Source of the DNA: Eledone cirrhosa
Taxonomy: Eukaryota
DNA: 64,000 bases
Assembly (NCBI GenBank): GCA_964016885.1
Contig: OZ024742.1
Span: 73,098,001 to 73,162,000, forward strand
Reading direction: 5' to 3'
Shown: positions 40,414 through 52,404 of the stretch, one piece after another
Layout of the letters: every line of letters starts with the position of its first letter
Position numbering within the stretch: the first letter of the stretch is position 1
Notes under the pieces: generated by a model
What the model was told of the DNA's origin: nothing
Database searches by the model: none
Seen by the model: the letters and a program-made list of their open reading frames with translations, nothing else
Position numbers and translations under genes: made by a program

Positions 40414-40466
40414 CATGCTACTGTACGTCTGTATACATGTATGTACGTATACATGCATACTTACAT
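40145..40466. repeat. Palindrome with microsatellite-like arms (~115 bp) around a unique 95-bp spacer
   Basis: 40145-40260 / 40355-40466 inverted; spacer resembles 14450-14520 and the reverse complement of 51365-51440. Confidence 0.7.
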
Positions 40467-41556
40467 ATATATATGTATATATACATATATACATATATAT
40501 TATATATATATACATATACATAAATATATATATATATACATATACATATACATATATATATACACACATATACATACACTGTTCTGAAGTCCAATGTTCC
40601 ACCAAAATATTGCTATACTCCATCATAAGAAACACTGCTTTAGACCCTATAATGTTTTGGTCATTGGCACAAAGCCAGCAATTTGGGGGTAAGGGGAAAG
40701 TCGATTATATTGACCTCAGTACTTTACTGATACTTTATTTTATCGACCACAGAAGAATGAAAAGCAAAGTTGTCCTTGATGGGATTTGAACTCAGAACAC
40801 CAGAATGAATATGGCAATTATTCTCTATAACATTCCCACAACTCTACCTTCTCTAGACCCTATTTTAACAACTGAACCTCAACAATATCACATAAAAGAG
40901 TTGATTGAGAGACTGATTACAATCATTGCAACATTTAATAACGCCCTTTTATACTACTAGATTCAAATCTCACAAGTATCAACTTTGCCTTTCATCCTTC
41001 TGGGGTTGATAAAATAAAGTAATAACCAAGAATTCTTTCATCACAAAATTTGTAATAAAATATGTTGTGTTTGAATTGATTAATGAAGAATTTATTAATT
41101 ATTTCATTATTAATTATTTCATTATTAAGACAGTATTTTTAACATAACTTAATAAGAGGTTCTTATATAAAATTATGTTGGAACATTTTAGTTTAAATAG
41201 GAACAGTTTTAATTGGGTAATTTTGTTTCAAAAGGGTTACATCATTATACCCCATGTCTAAATATCTTTAAAGTATATTGTCTTTTTTTAGAAATACATT
41301 GAACAATAAAGTTATAGCCTTACAATGAAAAGAAGGAGCTTAAACAATGACAACACATTAATAATTTCTAGACCTATTTTATAAACTAGTGGACTTCATA
41401 TAAACAACTATTAGATTTTAAATTAACAAACCCCTTGACCCATAATAAAACTACTGAGCCCCATAATAACAGGCATAACATTCAGTATAAATAATCAGTA
41501 AACAAATATTAAAAATCACTAGAGCCCATATTGTCAACCATTGGATGATATATTAG

Positions 41557-43291
41557 TCATCATCATCATCAACGTTTAACGTCCGTGTTCCACGCTTGCA
41601 TGGGTTTGGACGGGGGTTTTCCCACTTGAGGCAAGAGTGATTGTCTTGCTCGCATAGGACTGCCTGGCGGGTTTTCTACAGCTGGATGCCCTTCCTAACA
41701 CCAACCACATTTACAGTGTGGGGCTGGGAGGTTTTTACCGTGTTGCCTACACGACCACATTACAGCGTGGACTGTGTGTTTTTTTGTCGTGACACCTACA
41801 CGATCTCATTTGTTTCGGCCTGGATGTTGTGGCACCAACATAACTTTACATTGAAGGGGCGGTGTGGATAGGGTGGGGGTGGTGGGACGGGGGTGTATTT
41901 TGTTAGAGATGCCTACTGGCTGTAGTAGGTTTTACTTTGTATTTAGGTAAGGCGGGTCTTCTCTATTAGTGAGTACCGCCAAAGGTCTCGGTCCAGTGAC
42001 ATTGTCTTGGAGAGGTGTAAATGTGTGAGGTCAGAATTTATCAGCTCGTCCCAGGTTTTTCTGGGTCTGCCTACTCCATAGCTACCGTCTATCTTTATTG
42101 CCCTGCACTTTGTTATACAGCTGTCGTCTTTCATGCGCATCACGTGACCATACCAACGTAGCCTTCTCTCGAGTAAACAACATCTGATCCCTCTTATTTC
42201 TAATTTTTTCCTTAGTTCGCTTATGCTTTGCCGTTCACGTATGTTACTATTACACATCCAGCGGAGCATGCAAGCTTCGTTCCTCTCTAGTCTGCATATA
42301 TCCTCTGCACACAATGCCCAGGTCTCACTGCCATGCAACATTGCTGTTCGTATGCAGGCATCATACAACCTGCCTTTCATTCTTAGGGAGAACCCTTTAG
42401 CGGCTAATAGTGGTATAAGCTCTCTGAACTTTTTCCAACCAGTTCTGACTCTAGCTACTGTACTTTCAGAGCACCCTCCCCCACTGCTGATTTTGTCACC
42501 CAGGTAACGGAAGCTGTCCACTATTTCTATAGAACCCTCTGCGCAATTGAAAGAGCTAGTATTTGGTGGGCACTTGCTGCTACTTATTGCACCAGAGCAC
42601 CGGCCACATGTAAAATATATGTTCTTAGTTAGCTTACCTGTGATCCCACTACATCTTTTATGCACTCATACTTTGCATTTGGGACATAAAATAGAGTTTT
42701 TACCTACGCCTTTCCTACACACTGAGCATGGCCATTTCCCGGAAGGGACCGGCGCCTTATTTTCTTTCCTACAAACTAGAACTTTAGTCTTAGCCAGGTT
42801 AATTTTAAGGCCTTTTGATTCTAGGCCGTGCTTCCATGTTTGGAATTTCTTCTCTAGCTCGGCCATTGATTCAGCTATGAGCGTTAGATCATCTGCGTAT
42901 AGGAGTTCCCATGGGCAGCCGGTCTTGAACTCCTCTGTTATAGCCTGAAGGGCAATAATAAATAGTAGGGGGCTAAGAACGGAGCCCTGATGGACACCAA
43001 CTTTTACGCTAAGCTCTTCACTATATTCGTTGTTAATTCTAACCTTGCTGACTGTTTCTTTATACATGGCTTGTATAGCTCTCACAAGCCATTCGTCAAC
43101 ACCTAGTTTTCTAAGAGCCCACCAGATAATGGAGCGGGGGACTCTGTCGAAGGCTTTCTCCAAGTCAACAAAAGCTAAGTATAGGGGTTTACTTTTAGCT
43201 AGGTACTTCTCCTGTAGTTGTCGTACAATGAAAAGAGCGTCTGTGGTACTTTTGCCTGACACAAACCCGAACTGCATTTCATCTAGATCAA
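41557..43291 (-). mobile_element. RTE LINE family A, 5'-truncated young copy
   Basis: ORFs 43277-42666 and 42665-41943 are one frame split by a stop; YADD intact; near-identical to 38176-39947. Confidence 0.95.
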
Positions 43292-44789
43292 GTCACTAGA
43301 TCCCTATTCAGAATGATAGAGACCCATATAAGCAGTATCCATTGTTGGACCTCTGCTATTTCCAATGAGTGCTCCAATTGATTCAATCATGACTGAGCAT
43401 TTCACAGGCACCTTAACGTAATTCTCAGGAAGATTCAACATAACAGTGTGACCAGACTAACCCCTTGAATTGATCAAGTGTGTTGATCATGCTCATTTTG
43501 AAGTCTTTGTAGAATAATAATCGTGGATATCTTGGTCGCAATATCTATCAACTTGATTCCCTGGTAGTTACTGTAACAACACCACCCACCCTACTTAAAG
43601 AACACATGAAGAATTGCATTACTCCAGTATGTGGAAAAAAGTCCATGTCCCAGATTTGTATGATCATATGGGTGCGGCCAGCAATCCAAGTCATCAGATT
43701 TCAGTAGACAGACCAACCATCGTCACCTAGAGCCTTTGTGTTTTTCCTGTTTCTGGATAACTTCACACACCTACCCAACAGTTAATGTGTCTGAATTGCA
43801 TGAACATGGAATGGTGTCTGTGTAGGCTATTAATCTAGTTGGCAGATAGGTTGTAATTAAGCAGATTCACAAAATGGTCACACCATCAACTGAGATGTCC
43901 ATCTAAGTTCAAGATAACTGTAGCCTGAAGCAGCTTTTCAAGCAGATAAACCATATATTGTATAATCGAAGATCCAGTCCTTTTATCTATACTTGGTATA
44001 CCTTAATTTTTTAGTCACTACACTTGAAGGTGGTGTTTGAAGTTCTGCCACACATTTTTAGTCCAGTCCAGTCTGTTCTAGAATATCAAAACTCATCAAG
44101 TTAGTTCCTCAGTTCTGGCTGAAAGCATGTGACATTGTTGCTGCATTTCAGTTTTGCAATATCATATAATGGAAATGTCTTAGATGGTTTGTTGGTTTTT
44201 CAAACATATGCAAAGTTTCATCCATACCACAGTATGATCTGAGCCATTCTCACTGTCTATTTAAACACTACTATAAGATTGGCAGTCAAGTATATAACTG
44301 GCAAGCAAAATCCAACAAGGAGATAGTTGATATTATTGGTTGAAAACACTGTTTGAAAACAATGTGACCAGATACTTTTAGGCATGTTTAAGCTGGATGT
44401 TTGCTATTACCAACTGGTTCGCCATAGCAAAGTTTACTAAACATTCTCCATTAGTGCAATGAACACTAACTGTGAACTTACTAACAATCTGTCTATTGCT
44501 TATGTCATCTTTCCCTGTGCAAGCATTCCAATTGCCTTTTGACATGTTCATATTTTAGTCTAAAACCTTCCATCATAATTTTATGTAAGAAATTTTTGTG
44601 TCAAACATCAGTTTAATGATGAAAAACGAAAAGGAAACAGTCAGTCAAATCCCAGTTCTTTATCAGAAAATTAACAATTACAAATAAATACAATTTATAT
44701 AAAAATGTTATCAAATAAAGAAGGAAAAAAGTGGAAGAAGGCACTCACATTCAGTTACACACTAGCACAAAGAGTACTGGAGTTTCCTT

Positions 44790-45015
44790 GTAATAATTTT
44801 TTAGGCAAGCCAGTATGCTCAGAGCATTGCTGTGGGTGATGACAAGGCTAAGATGCTGGAATAAAAAACACTCACACAGGCATTACCTGGTACATTGGTA
44901 AGGCAAGATGACTAAAATGACAAGAATCTCATTGTCAGTGGCACAGCTCCCCAAACGTTTTAAATATCACAACCTGAAAAACTTTGTCAATGATTCCTGG
45001 TATTTTAGAATTTTA
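44790..45015 (-). mobile_element. Degenerate CRE-like REL fragment
   Basis: Nucleotide homology to 35824-36055 (taataattttt.aggcaagccagta...gtattttagaattt). Confidence 0.65.
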
Positions 45016-45044
45016 TTTTTTAATATAAATTAGTGAAACCATAC

Positions 45045-45171
45045 CTTGCCAATACATATTGAAGTACAAAACAGGGACAGCATAACTCTGACTGTAAACC
45101 ACATGGTAATCACATGTAATAGTATGTTCATCAGTCGTTGCCATGGAAATACAGTTGCAATCTTCCAAATC
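45045..45171 (-). CDS. ATG10: Internal exon of ubiquitin-like-conjugating enzyme ATG10
   Basis: tgtttgcAG|DLEDCNCISMATTDEHTITCDYHVVYSQSYAVPVLYFNMYWQ G|GTatgg; YH..YS.SY.VPVLYF is the ATG10 signature; 127 bp, phase 0 to 1. Confidence 0.85.
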
Positions 45172-45378
45172 CTGCAAACAAGAGAAGTTAGATTGTAGTA
45201 TTGTCACAATACTATATGAACTAGTTGTTATGTAAAAGAAAGTGACTGTTTGAGTAGCAATATTTTGGGTGAGAAGTGTATTAATGTTGCTTGGATCTAG
45301 AGAAGACACAATATCAGATATTGAGATAATATGTTATCTACACCCAGGAAAGACAGTCAGCATTAGATACCATGCCAA

Positions 45379-45570
45379 AATGGAAAGTATGAGTCAGAAG
45401 TGGACTTTACAGAATGTACTGGGTGCATTTCTTCATGACATTGGCACTAGAAAGGTTTCATGTCCTTGAGTAGTGAAATGGAAAGTATGAACAAGATGTG
45501 GACATTACAGAATGTACTGGGTGCATTTCCTCATGACATTGGCACTAGAAAGGTTGTCATGTCTTTGACT
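45379..45570. repeat. Tandem duplication, ~98-bp period
   Basis: aatggaaagtatga...cagaatgtactgggtgcattt...ggcactagaaaggtt occurs twice. Confidence 0.85.
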
Positions 45571-46334
45571 GGTTTCCAGGAGTTTCTTATCCAAATATGA
45601 CTGTAATTTATGAAAAGAATTATAAAATAAAAACACTAACAACAACACCAACAACAGTTTATGAAAGTATTTTGGTAAATCAACACAATCGCAACAGTTT
45701 CATATTCTTCATTATCATCATCATCATTATTATATTCATCATCATCATCATCGTCATTATTATATTCATCATCATTATCGTCATTAATCATCATCATCAT
45801 CATATTTTTCATTATTAATCATCATCATTATCATTTTATTATATTTTATAATGTATGTATCATCTCGTAACTCCTGAGTACCGTATTGACATACAGCATT
45901 TCTAGGACATTTTTAAAAACCTGGCAGAGCCCATCCCTTCTCTAGATCTATATTTTGTAATACTGAAACTTAAAATCAATTAAGTTGAATAATAATAATA
46001 ATATTGATAAATGATAGTGCACATGCATGCACACACACAAATATGCAAACCATATATATCTGCTCACCTAATTTCCTAAACTTTGCCATTTCACATTTAA
46101 TATTGATGTTTTGCTACCTTTTAAAATCTCACTTTGTACACAAACAACTTATGATCTGCCTTTCACTCAGAAATAGAGGGAACCCCCTTGTTGCCAGCAG
46201 AAGTACTAACACTTTAAAGTATTACCTCTCCATTCTTACTCTAGCTATGTACTCTAAACTATTATCCCCCCCTTACTCTGGCTACTATGTCCTCTACATT
46301 ATTTCCGCCTCATTCTTACTCTAGCTACTATGCT

Positions 46335-46620
46335 TTCTGAACACCTACCTCTACTGCTGATTTGGTCATCTAGGTGGTAGAAGTTATCAACTACTTCTAA
46401 TTAGCATTCCAAACATTTGCATGAATTAATTTCATGGATACTCTTACTGCTAACTGTTCTTGTGATCTGTTACATACAAAAGTCCTTTTTCATCAGTATG
46501 CCTGCAATCCTATTGCATCTGTCATGTGTCTATATTTACATTGGATGTATCACAAAGAATCCCTACCTACTCTTTTCTATATACTGAGCATGGCCACTTC
46601 CTGATGAGGAAACACTTTAG
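46335..46620 (-). mobile_element. Old RTE family-A-like fragment
   Basis: Decayed homology to the Cys-rich / FRYLG region of 42470-42750. Confidence 0.55.
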
Positions 46621-47299
46621 TATTAATAACCAGCTATCTTTCTCATTTCTTGGTGTGCATGAAGTCTGATTGTATGTTCACCTGATTGATAGGTGATCAG
46701 GTGCCTGGCTGGTTTCCTGAAGTTAGTGGTTGACCTCAGTAAGTTTGTAGTAGATGACTATTGATCCGAAAACATATTTGTTAAATATTATTTTGACTTC
46801 AGAGAAATGAAAGCCAAAGTTGACTCTAAAAGAAAGCAGACGAACAAAACTAAAAGTTACAAAGCTGATGATCTTTTATTTTCAATGAAAACATAATAAA
46901 TTGTATTTATATATTAATACAAACACCAATAACTGTTAATTTGCAGTAAAACAATTATGAGATTTCTGTGATAATTCTAGATGTATTTTCAAACTATTTA
47001 AAGAATCAAAAGAAGTGATCAATCATGCTTGATCACAGGAAATATTACATTCTATGCTGCCAGTGAAGTGGTATATTGATGTGATTTCATGTATGACATC
47101 TTTGATAAATTTGACCCTCAATTCATATTCTACATAACATCAATTCCTTTTAATGGATGATCAGTTAGTCACCAATAACACATCAATAAGCAATAATATA
47201 TTCACAAGAAAAATATCTATATGTGTGCATGTGTATGTGTATGTTTATACTCGCATGAATACTTATGTATGACAGAAGAAGACCATCACTGACTGTTAA

Positions 47300-47485
47300 G
47301 AGAATCATGTTTTCAACAATAGTTCTTGAAACCTGTGAGACTCCGACATATCTTTTGACAGACCTTCCAACACCCAGCTGACATTCAGAATATGTCTTAA
47401 ACATCCCTGATAAAATTTCTCAAGACCTTCTTCATATGATGCTTGTAGAAGATTTATGGAAGCAGGGAAAAGCGGACGTAAAATA

Positions 47486-47524
<39 letters not shown>

Positions 47525-48590
47525 CACAAACATTTTTGTTGATCTTGTGGTCACATATTGGGAGCAGTCATGAGACTAAAGGTTTCTGAAGAGTTAGCTA
47601 CTTTCTGAATTAAGCCTTAGAGATATTTCCTCATCTAAGGATCAGAATAGGTGAGAATAAGAATGCTGCTCAGGTAGACAAAACTGTCAACTACTTTCAG
47701 GTCTGTTTCTTCAGCTAAGATAGATGGAAAGACACTCAGTTGTGTCAAAGACATGACAACCTCCCCTGTGCACTCAGTAGAACATGAGACTGTACGTAAG
47801 CAAGACAACAGATCCCTGGCTTCTCTGGGAGATCAGTTGTTCCGCTTCAGTACTGACTTTGTCTATGTAGACCTGTCCAACCCTTGCTAGCAAGGAAAGC
47901 AGGTGTTAAAATGATGATGATGATGTTTCCACAGGCAGGCTGGAACATTACAATGGTCCTCTTCAGGCTAATGTTAAATATAAATGCCTTATAAGAAGCA
48001 GAAATATAATCAATGAGAATTTGCATATCTTCAGCAGTTTGTACAACTAAGTCTGCATACAGAAAATCATGACTATGAGATTGAAAGACTTTCAAATTAG
48101 CTGCAAATTGAAGAGATACCCAGAAGACTAGTATACCTGAAATACAATCAACAGCAAAAACATGACTGTGAGTAAAACCCCAGGAAATGAAAGTTGGTAG
48201 GAGATGGGGGGCTCAATGCTGTCACCATTCTCTGCAGAAAAAGGTCCTGCCATCTCTCCAATGACATTGGTCCATGCTTCCATTTCATCCAGAAAGGATT
48301 AAACTGTTGATACAACTGGCACAACTGACATTGCATTTTTCTTGCTGAAAAAATTCTATCCATTGTTCCTCTACAGAACAGAAACCACTCTGATATTCTG
48401 GAAGAACATTAACTACAACAGAAAATTATTCAGGTAAGTAAGAAGAACATTTGCCAGAACTTTACCAACAGCTGAGAATAGAACAGTTTCAGCAGTTCCT
48501 CTACTATATTCTAACATCTTTCCTTTATAAAGAGGAAGAATAATTTCATCTTTACAAACCTTGGAATCAGCACCACTCTCCAGACTGCAC
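47300..48590 (-). mobile_element. Highly decayed RTE-type LINE with nested tails
   Basis: LEKFYQGCLRHILNVSW, DFLYAD..FNISLKRTIVM, MDRIFSARKMQ. Confidence 0.65.
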
Positions 48591-48854
48591 TAAATTTATG
48601 GAGATACTGTAAGATACAGCTGCCACTAAAGCATAAGACCTCAAAGACTTCATCAAGAACCTTACCAAAATTTCAGTTTACTTATTGCTGTTGTGACCTC
48701 ATCTATTGAGAATGCAATAATGAAGGAAGTAATGAAAGATCTTTGGTTCAATAGTGACAATTACTGTGTCATTCACAACAGACTAACTTTTGTGTTGGGA
48801 TATATATATATATATATATTTATATATGTATGAGATTTTCGTTTTGCCTGATTA

Positions 48855-48944
48855 ACAGGTCTAATGAGCAGATTGGGGCTGTAGTCGGGTCTATAACATT
48901 AACATGGATTCTAAGCCACCTATCTGTGAAACGGTCATAACTGT
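48855..48944 (+). ncRNA. Degenerate hammerhead motif with long stem II, in a short element between (TA)n tracts
   Basis: acaggt CTAATGA gcagat..ggct...agcc..atctgt GAAAC GGTC ATA actgt; G5A change in the core. Confidence 0.5.
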
Positions 48945-49295
48945 CCATAATCAATAAAAACCTTAATGTGAAACCTTGTTTTGTTCTTTATATATATATA
49001 TATATATATAGTAGAATAATCGAGTATCGAAAAATCGGCGCACGAGTTCACGATAAACAAAATTCAATATGAGTGGCAGAGGGCTCAATAATTCAGATAA
49101 ATCAGAGCTATAACTATCGTTAAAATGCCAACACACATAGATTATGTCTAAAATCAACCATACGACCGAAAAATTACGATCTGGAAGATTCGGGTCACTC
49201 AGATAAAATATCAATAAATCAATAAATCATATGAAATATATACACATTCATACATCCATCGCTATTTCAGAGCACTGATACTTATATATATATAT

Positions 49296-49349
<54 letters not shown>

Positions 49350-49797
49350 GTGAGGTTTTTTTACAAAATGAAAATTAACTGAGGTGTCCTACAAGAGTGA
49401 AAGTATAAAGAAAAAAAGATGAAATTGAAAATGCAACTGGAGTCTTATTTTTTAAAAAATATATATATATTTATTTGGTTCCTTTACCGGTCTCGCAGTT
49501 CTTCTGCTTTTCAAAAGTAGAGTTGAGATGAAGGATCTGTGGTTTTTCTCACATCTGGTTGGTCTTAGAATGTTACTTGTTTTATATCGAAAAAAAGTGG
49601 CTCGAAACGCCAGGTTTTTAGATAAGTAATTTGATTGGTTGGTCAATAAGTATAATAAATTTCGCGCCAGTCCGCGTTACAAAGTTCTTCAAACAAGATG
49701 GGGGGGGGGGGGGGACTCAGGTTGTTTTTTTAATATATAAGTGAAGTTTGGTTGGTTGATGCAGCCACGTGAATAAGCACATCAGCTTTATATATAC

Positions 49798-49831
<34 letters not shown>

Positions 49832-49832
<1 letters not shown>

Positions 49833-50451
49833 GATGTTGTTTACTCGAGAGAAGGCTACGTTGGTATGGTCACGTGATGCGCATGAAAGACGACAACTAT
49901 ATAAAATAGTGCAGGGCAATAAAGATAGACGGTAGCTACGGAGTAGGCAGACCCAGAAAAACCTGGGACGACCTGATAAATTCCGATCTCACACACTTAC
50001 AACTCTCCAAGACAATGTCACTGGACCGAGATCTTTGGCGGTACTCAGTAATAGAGAAGACCCGCCTTACCTAAATACAAAGTAAAACCTACTACAGTCA
50101 GTAGGCATCTCTAACAAAATGCACCCCCCCCCCCCCATCCACGCCACCCCTTTCAATGTAAAGTTATGTTGGTGCCACAACATCCAGGCCGAAACAAATG
50201 AGATCGTGTAGGTGTCACGACAAAAAAACACAGTCCACTCTGTAATGTGTCCGTGTAGGCAACACGGTAAAAACCTCCCAGCCCCACACTGTAAATGTGG
50301 TTGGTGTTAGGAAGGGCATCCAGCTGTAGAAAACCCGCCAGACAGTCCTATGCGAGCAAGACAACCACTCTTGCCTCAAGTGGGAAAACTCCCGTCCAAA
50401 CCCATGCAAGCATGGAACATGGACGTTAAACGATGATGATGATGATGATGA
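49832..50451 (+). mobile_element. RTE LINE family A 3' fragment
   Basis: Near-identical to 39304-39947. Confidence 0.92.
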
Positions 50452-50474
50452 TATATATATATATACATCTTCTG

Positions 50475-50705
50475 TTGGCATAGGACAGAACAAAGGAGAG
50501 GCACAAAACAAAGAAAAGAATCCCCAGTCACTGAAGAGGTCACAGAATGTGTGGTAAAAGAACTTTGACAATATATGAACAACCGTTCGGTTATAGAACC
50601 AACTAACCGGAAATTTATAAATTTAATTTATACTAAATTGGAGTGAAAGCAACTGGTGCATGTGTTTCTTATTGGCCAACATGCCCCTCCCAAAGCATAA
50701 CAATA
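50475..50705 (+). mobile_element. pLTR-like repeat with a decayed hammerhead (second copy 57660-57870)
   Basis: gtca CTGAAGA ggtcacagaatgtgtggt AAAA gaactt tgac at 50527-50569; whole segment aligns with 57660-57870. Confidence 0.55.
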
Positions 50706-50721
50706 TATATATATATATTTA

Positions 50722-50760
<39 letters not shown>

Positions 50761-51030
50761 TCATCATCATCATCTTCGCTTAACGTCCGTTTTCCACGCT
50801 AGTATGGGTTAAATGGGAGTTGTCCCACTTGAGGCAAGGCTGGTCGGGTGACCGTGTCTCGCTCATATAGGACTATCTGGCAGGTTTTCTATAGCTGGAT
50901 GCCCTTCCTAACACCAACCACATTTACAGTGTGGAACTGGGAACTTTTTACCGTGTTACCTACACGGCCACATAACAGCGTAGGCTGTGTGTGTTTTTTT
51001 GTCGTGGCACCTACACGGACTTGATCTCAT

Positions 51031-51055
<25 letters not shown>

Positions 51056-51061
<6 letters not shown>

Positions 51062-51270
51062 GCGCATGGCTTAGTGGTTAGAGCATTAGGCTTGCAATCG
51101 AAAAGTGGTTAGAGCCGTAGGCTTGCAATCGAAAAGTGGTTAGAGCATTAGGCTTGCAATCGAAAGGTTGTGAGTTCAATTCTCGGGCCGGGTGATGTGT
51201 TGTTTTCTTGAGCAAGACACTTTATTTTATGTTGCTCCAGTATACTCAGTTGAAAATGAGTACCAGCAAT
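51056..51270 (+). mobile_element. tRNA-SINE with triplicated 31-bp head segment
   Basis: agtggttagagcattaggcttgcaatcgaaa x3 (51073-51165), then B-box gagttcaattctc. Confidence 0.8.
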
Positions 51271-51280
51271 AGGAAGGTAT

Positions 51281-51323
51281 ACGATGCTGACGATAGCTAA
51301 TAAGCTTGAAACTAGTACATCGT
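51281..51323 (+). ncRNA. Minimal type-I hammerhead ribozyme
   Basis: acgatg CTGACGA t-agct-aata-agct-t GAAAC TA GTA catcgt; perfect 6-bp stem I, intact core, palindromic ACTAGT stem III. Confidence 0.82.
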
Positions 51324-51714
51324 TCCTTTGTCAGTGTTGAACAAAAGGGCAACGATGGTTGCTAAACACTGTATGGCTTAATTCGGGCTGTTTGTTTACA
51401 AACAAACCAAGCATTATAATAAATGTTCGGTAAACCCATACGTACATATATATATATGTGTGCATGTATGTATATATATATACATACTACTGTACGTCTG
51501 TATACATATATGTATGTACGTATACATACTTATATATATATACATAATCATCACTTAACGGCTGCTTTTACATGCTAGCATGGATTGGACAGGCCATCAC
51601 AGATGAAGTCAGTATTTAATCAAAACAACTGAACTTTCAGACTGTCTGGGAAACCTGTATTTCATTTATATATATTTTCTTTTCTTTAAAGTTGTTTTAT
51701 CTTTTCTTTTTTTG

Positions 51715-51882
51715 TTTCTTTCTTGAAGTGATTTTCATCTGTTAATTGTTCTAGTATTTTAGCTGTGTAAAAATCCTTATCTACTAAGACAATTTTCCCA
51801 CTTTTGTCAGCTTCTTTTAGAATAATTGTGTTGTCGATTTTCATTGTCTGGAGACCTTCTTTCTCTCCTTTTGGGAAAATTT
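51715..51882 (-). pseudogene. Penelope-like retroelement RT N-terminal fragment (DKG motif region)
   Basis: Minus-strand reading PKGEKEGLQTMKIDNTIILKEADKSGKIVLVDKDFYTAKILEQLTDENHFKK matches the PLE I(K)xADKG..V..D...Y......L.D motif. Confidence 0.75.
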
Positions 51883-52404
51883 CTTATTTCACTTTCAATT
51901 CAGTATATTTAGTTTGGATGTACTATTTAATAAAATCTGAGAATTTATCATTACTGTTAATACATTTTATAGCTGCGTTAATAATAGACAGATTGTATGA
52001 GCGACTATATCATTTTATTAATAGGATCTACACAATATGATTATTTACATCTATATAACTTTATATAAATTAGCTGTGTTTATCCAATTTAGAATAATTA
52101 CATGATACCCTTGCATGTTGTAAGAAGTGAGTAAAATTGTCAGGAAGGGCATCTAGCTGTAAGACATTGCCTTAAAAAGTCCCATCCAACCCATGCTAGC
52201 ATAGAAAAGTTGGTGTAAAAAACAATGATGATGGTAGAGTTTATACACCATACATTGTTTCCTTTTTGTCTGAACTTGTTAACTTAATGGGCTCCATGAA
52301 GGGTTTTTCAATTGAGCACAAACTTCCTCAACCTGGCTCTGCCAGGAAAATATCCAAGCTATATAGAATTATATCTTCTTCTTCTTCTTCTTCTTCTACT
52401 TCGC

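Noticed and set aside
43300-44560. Unique-looking sequence as possible ATG10 exons
   Set aside because: No ATG10-like peptide found; it looks like very old LINE debris, too decayed to call
49600-49770. Promoter-like patch (CCAAT-like boxes, TTTCGCGCC E2F-like site)
   Set aside because: Short motifs between TA tracts with no linked first exon; could be TE-derived or chance
51056-51190. tRNA genes here and at 61771
   Set aside because: tRNA-like heads continue into SINE bodies with no complete cloverleaf
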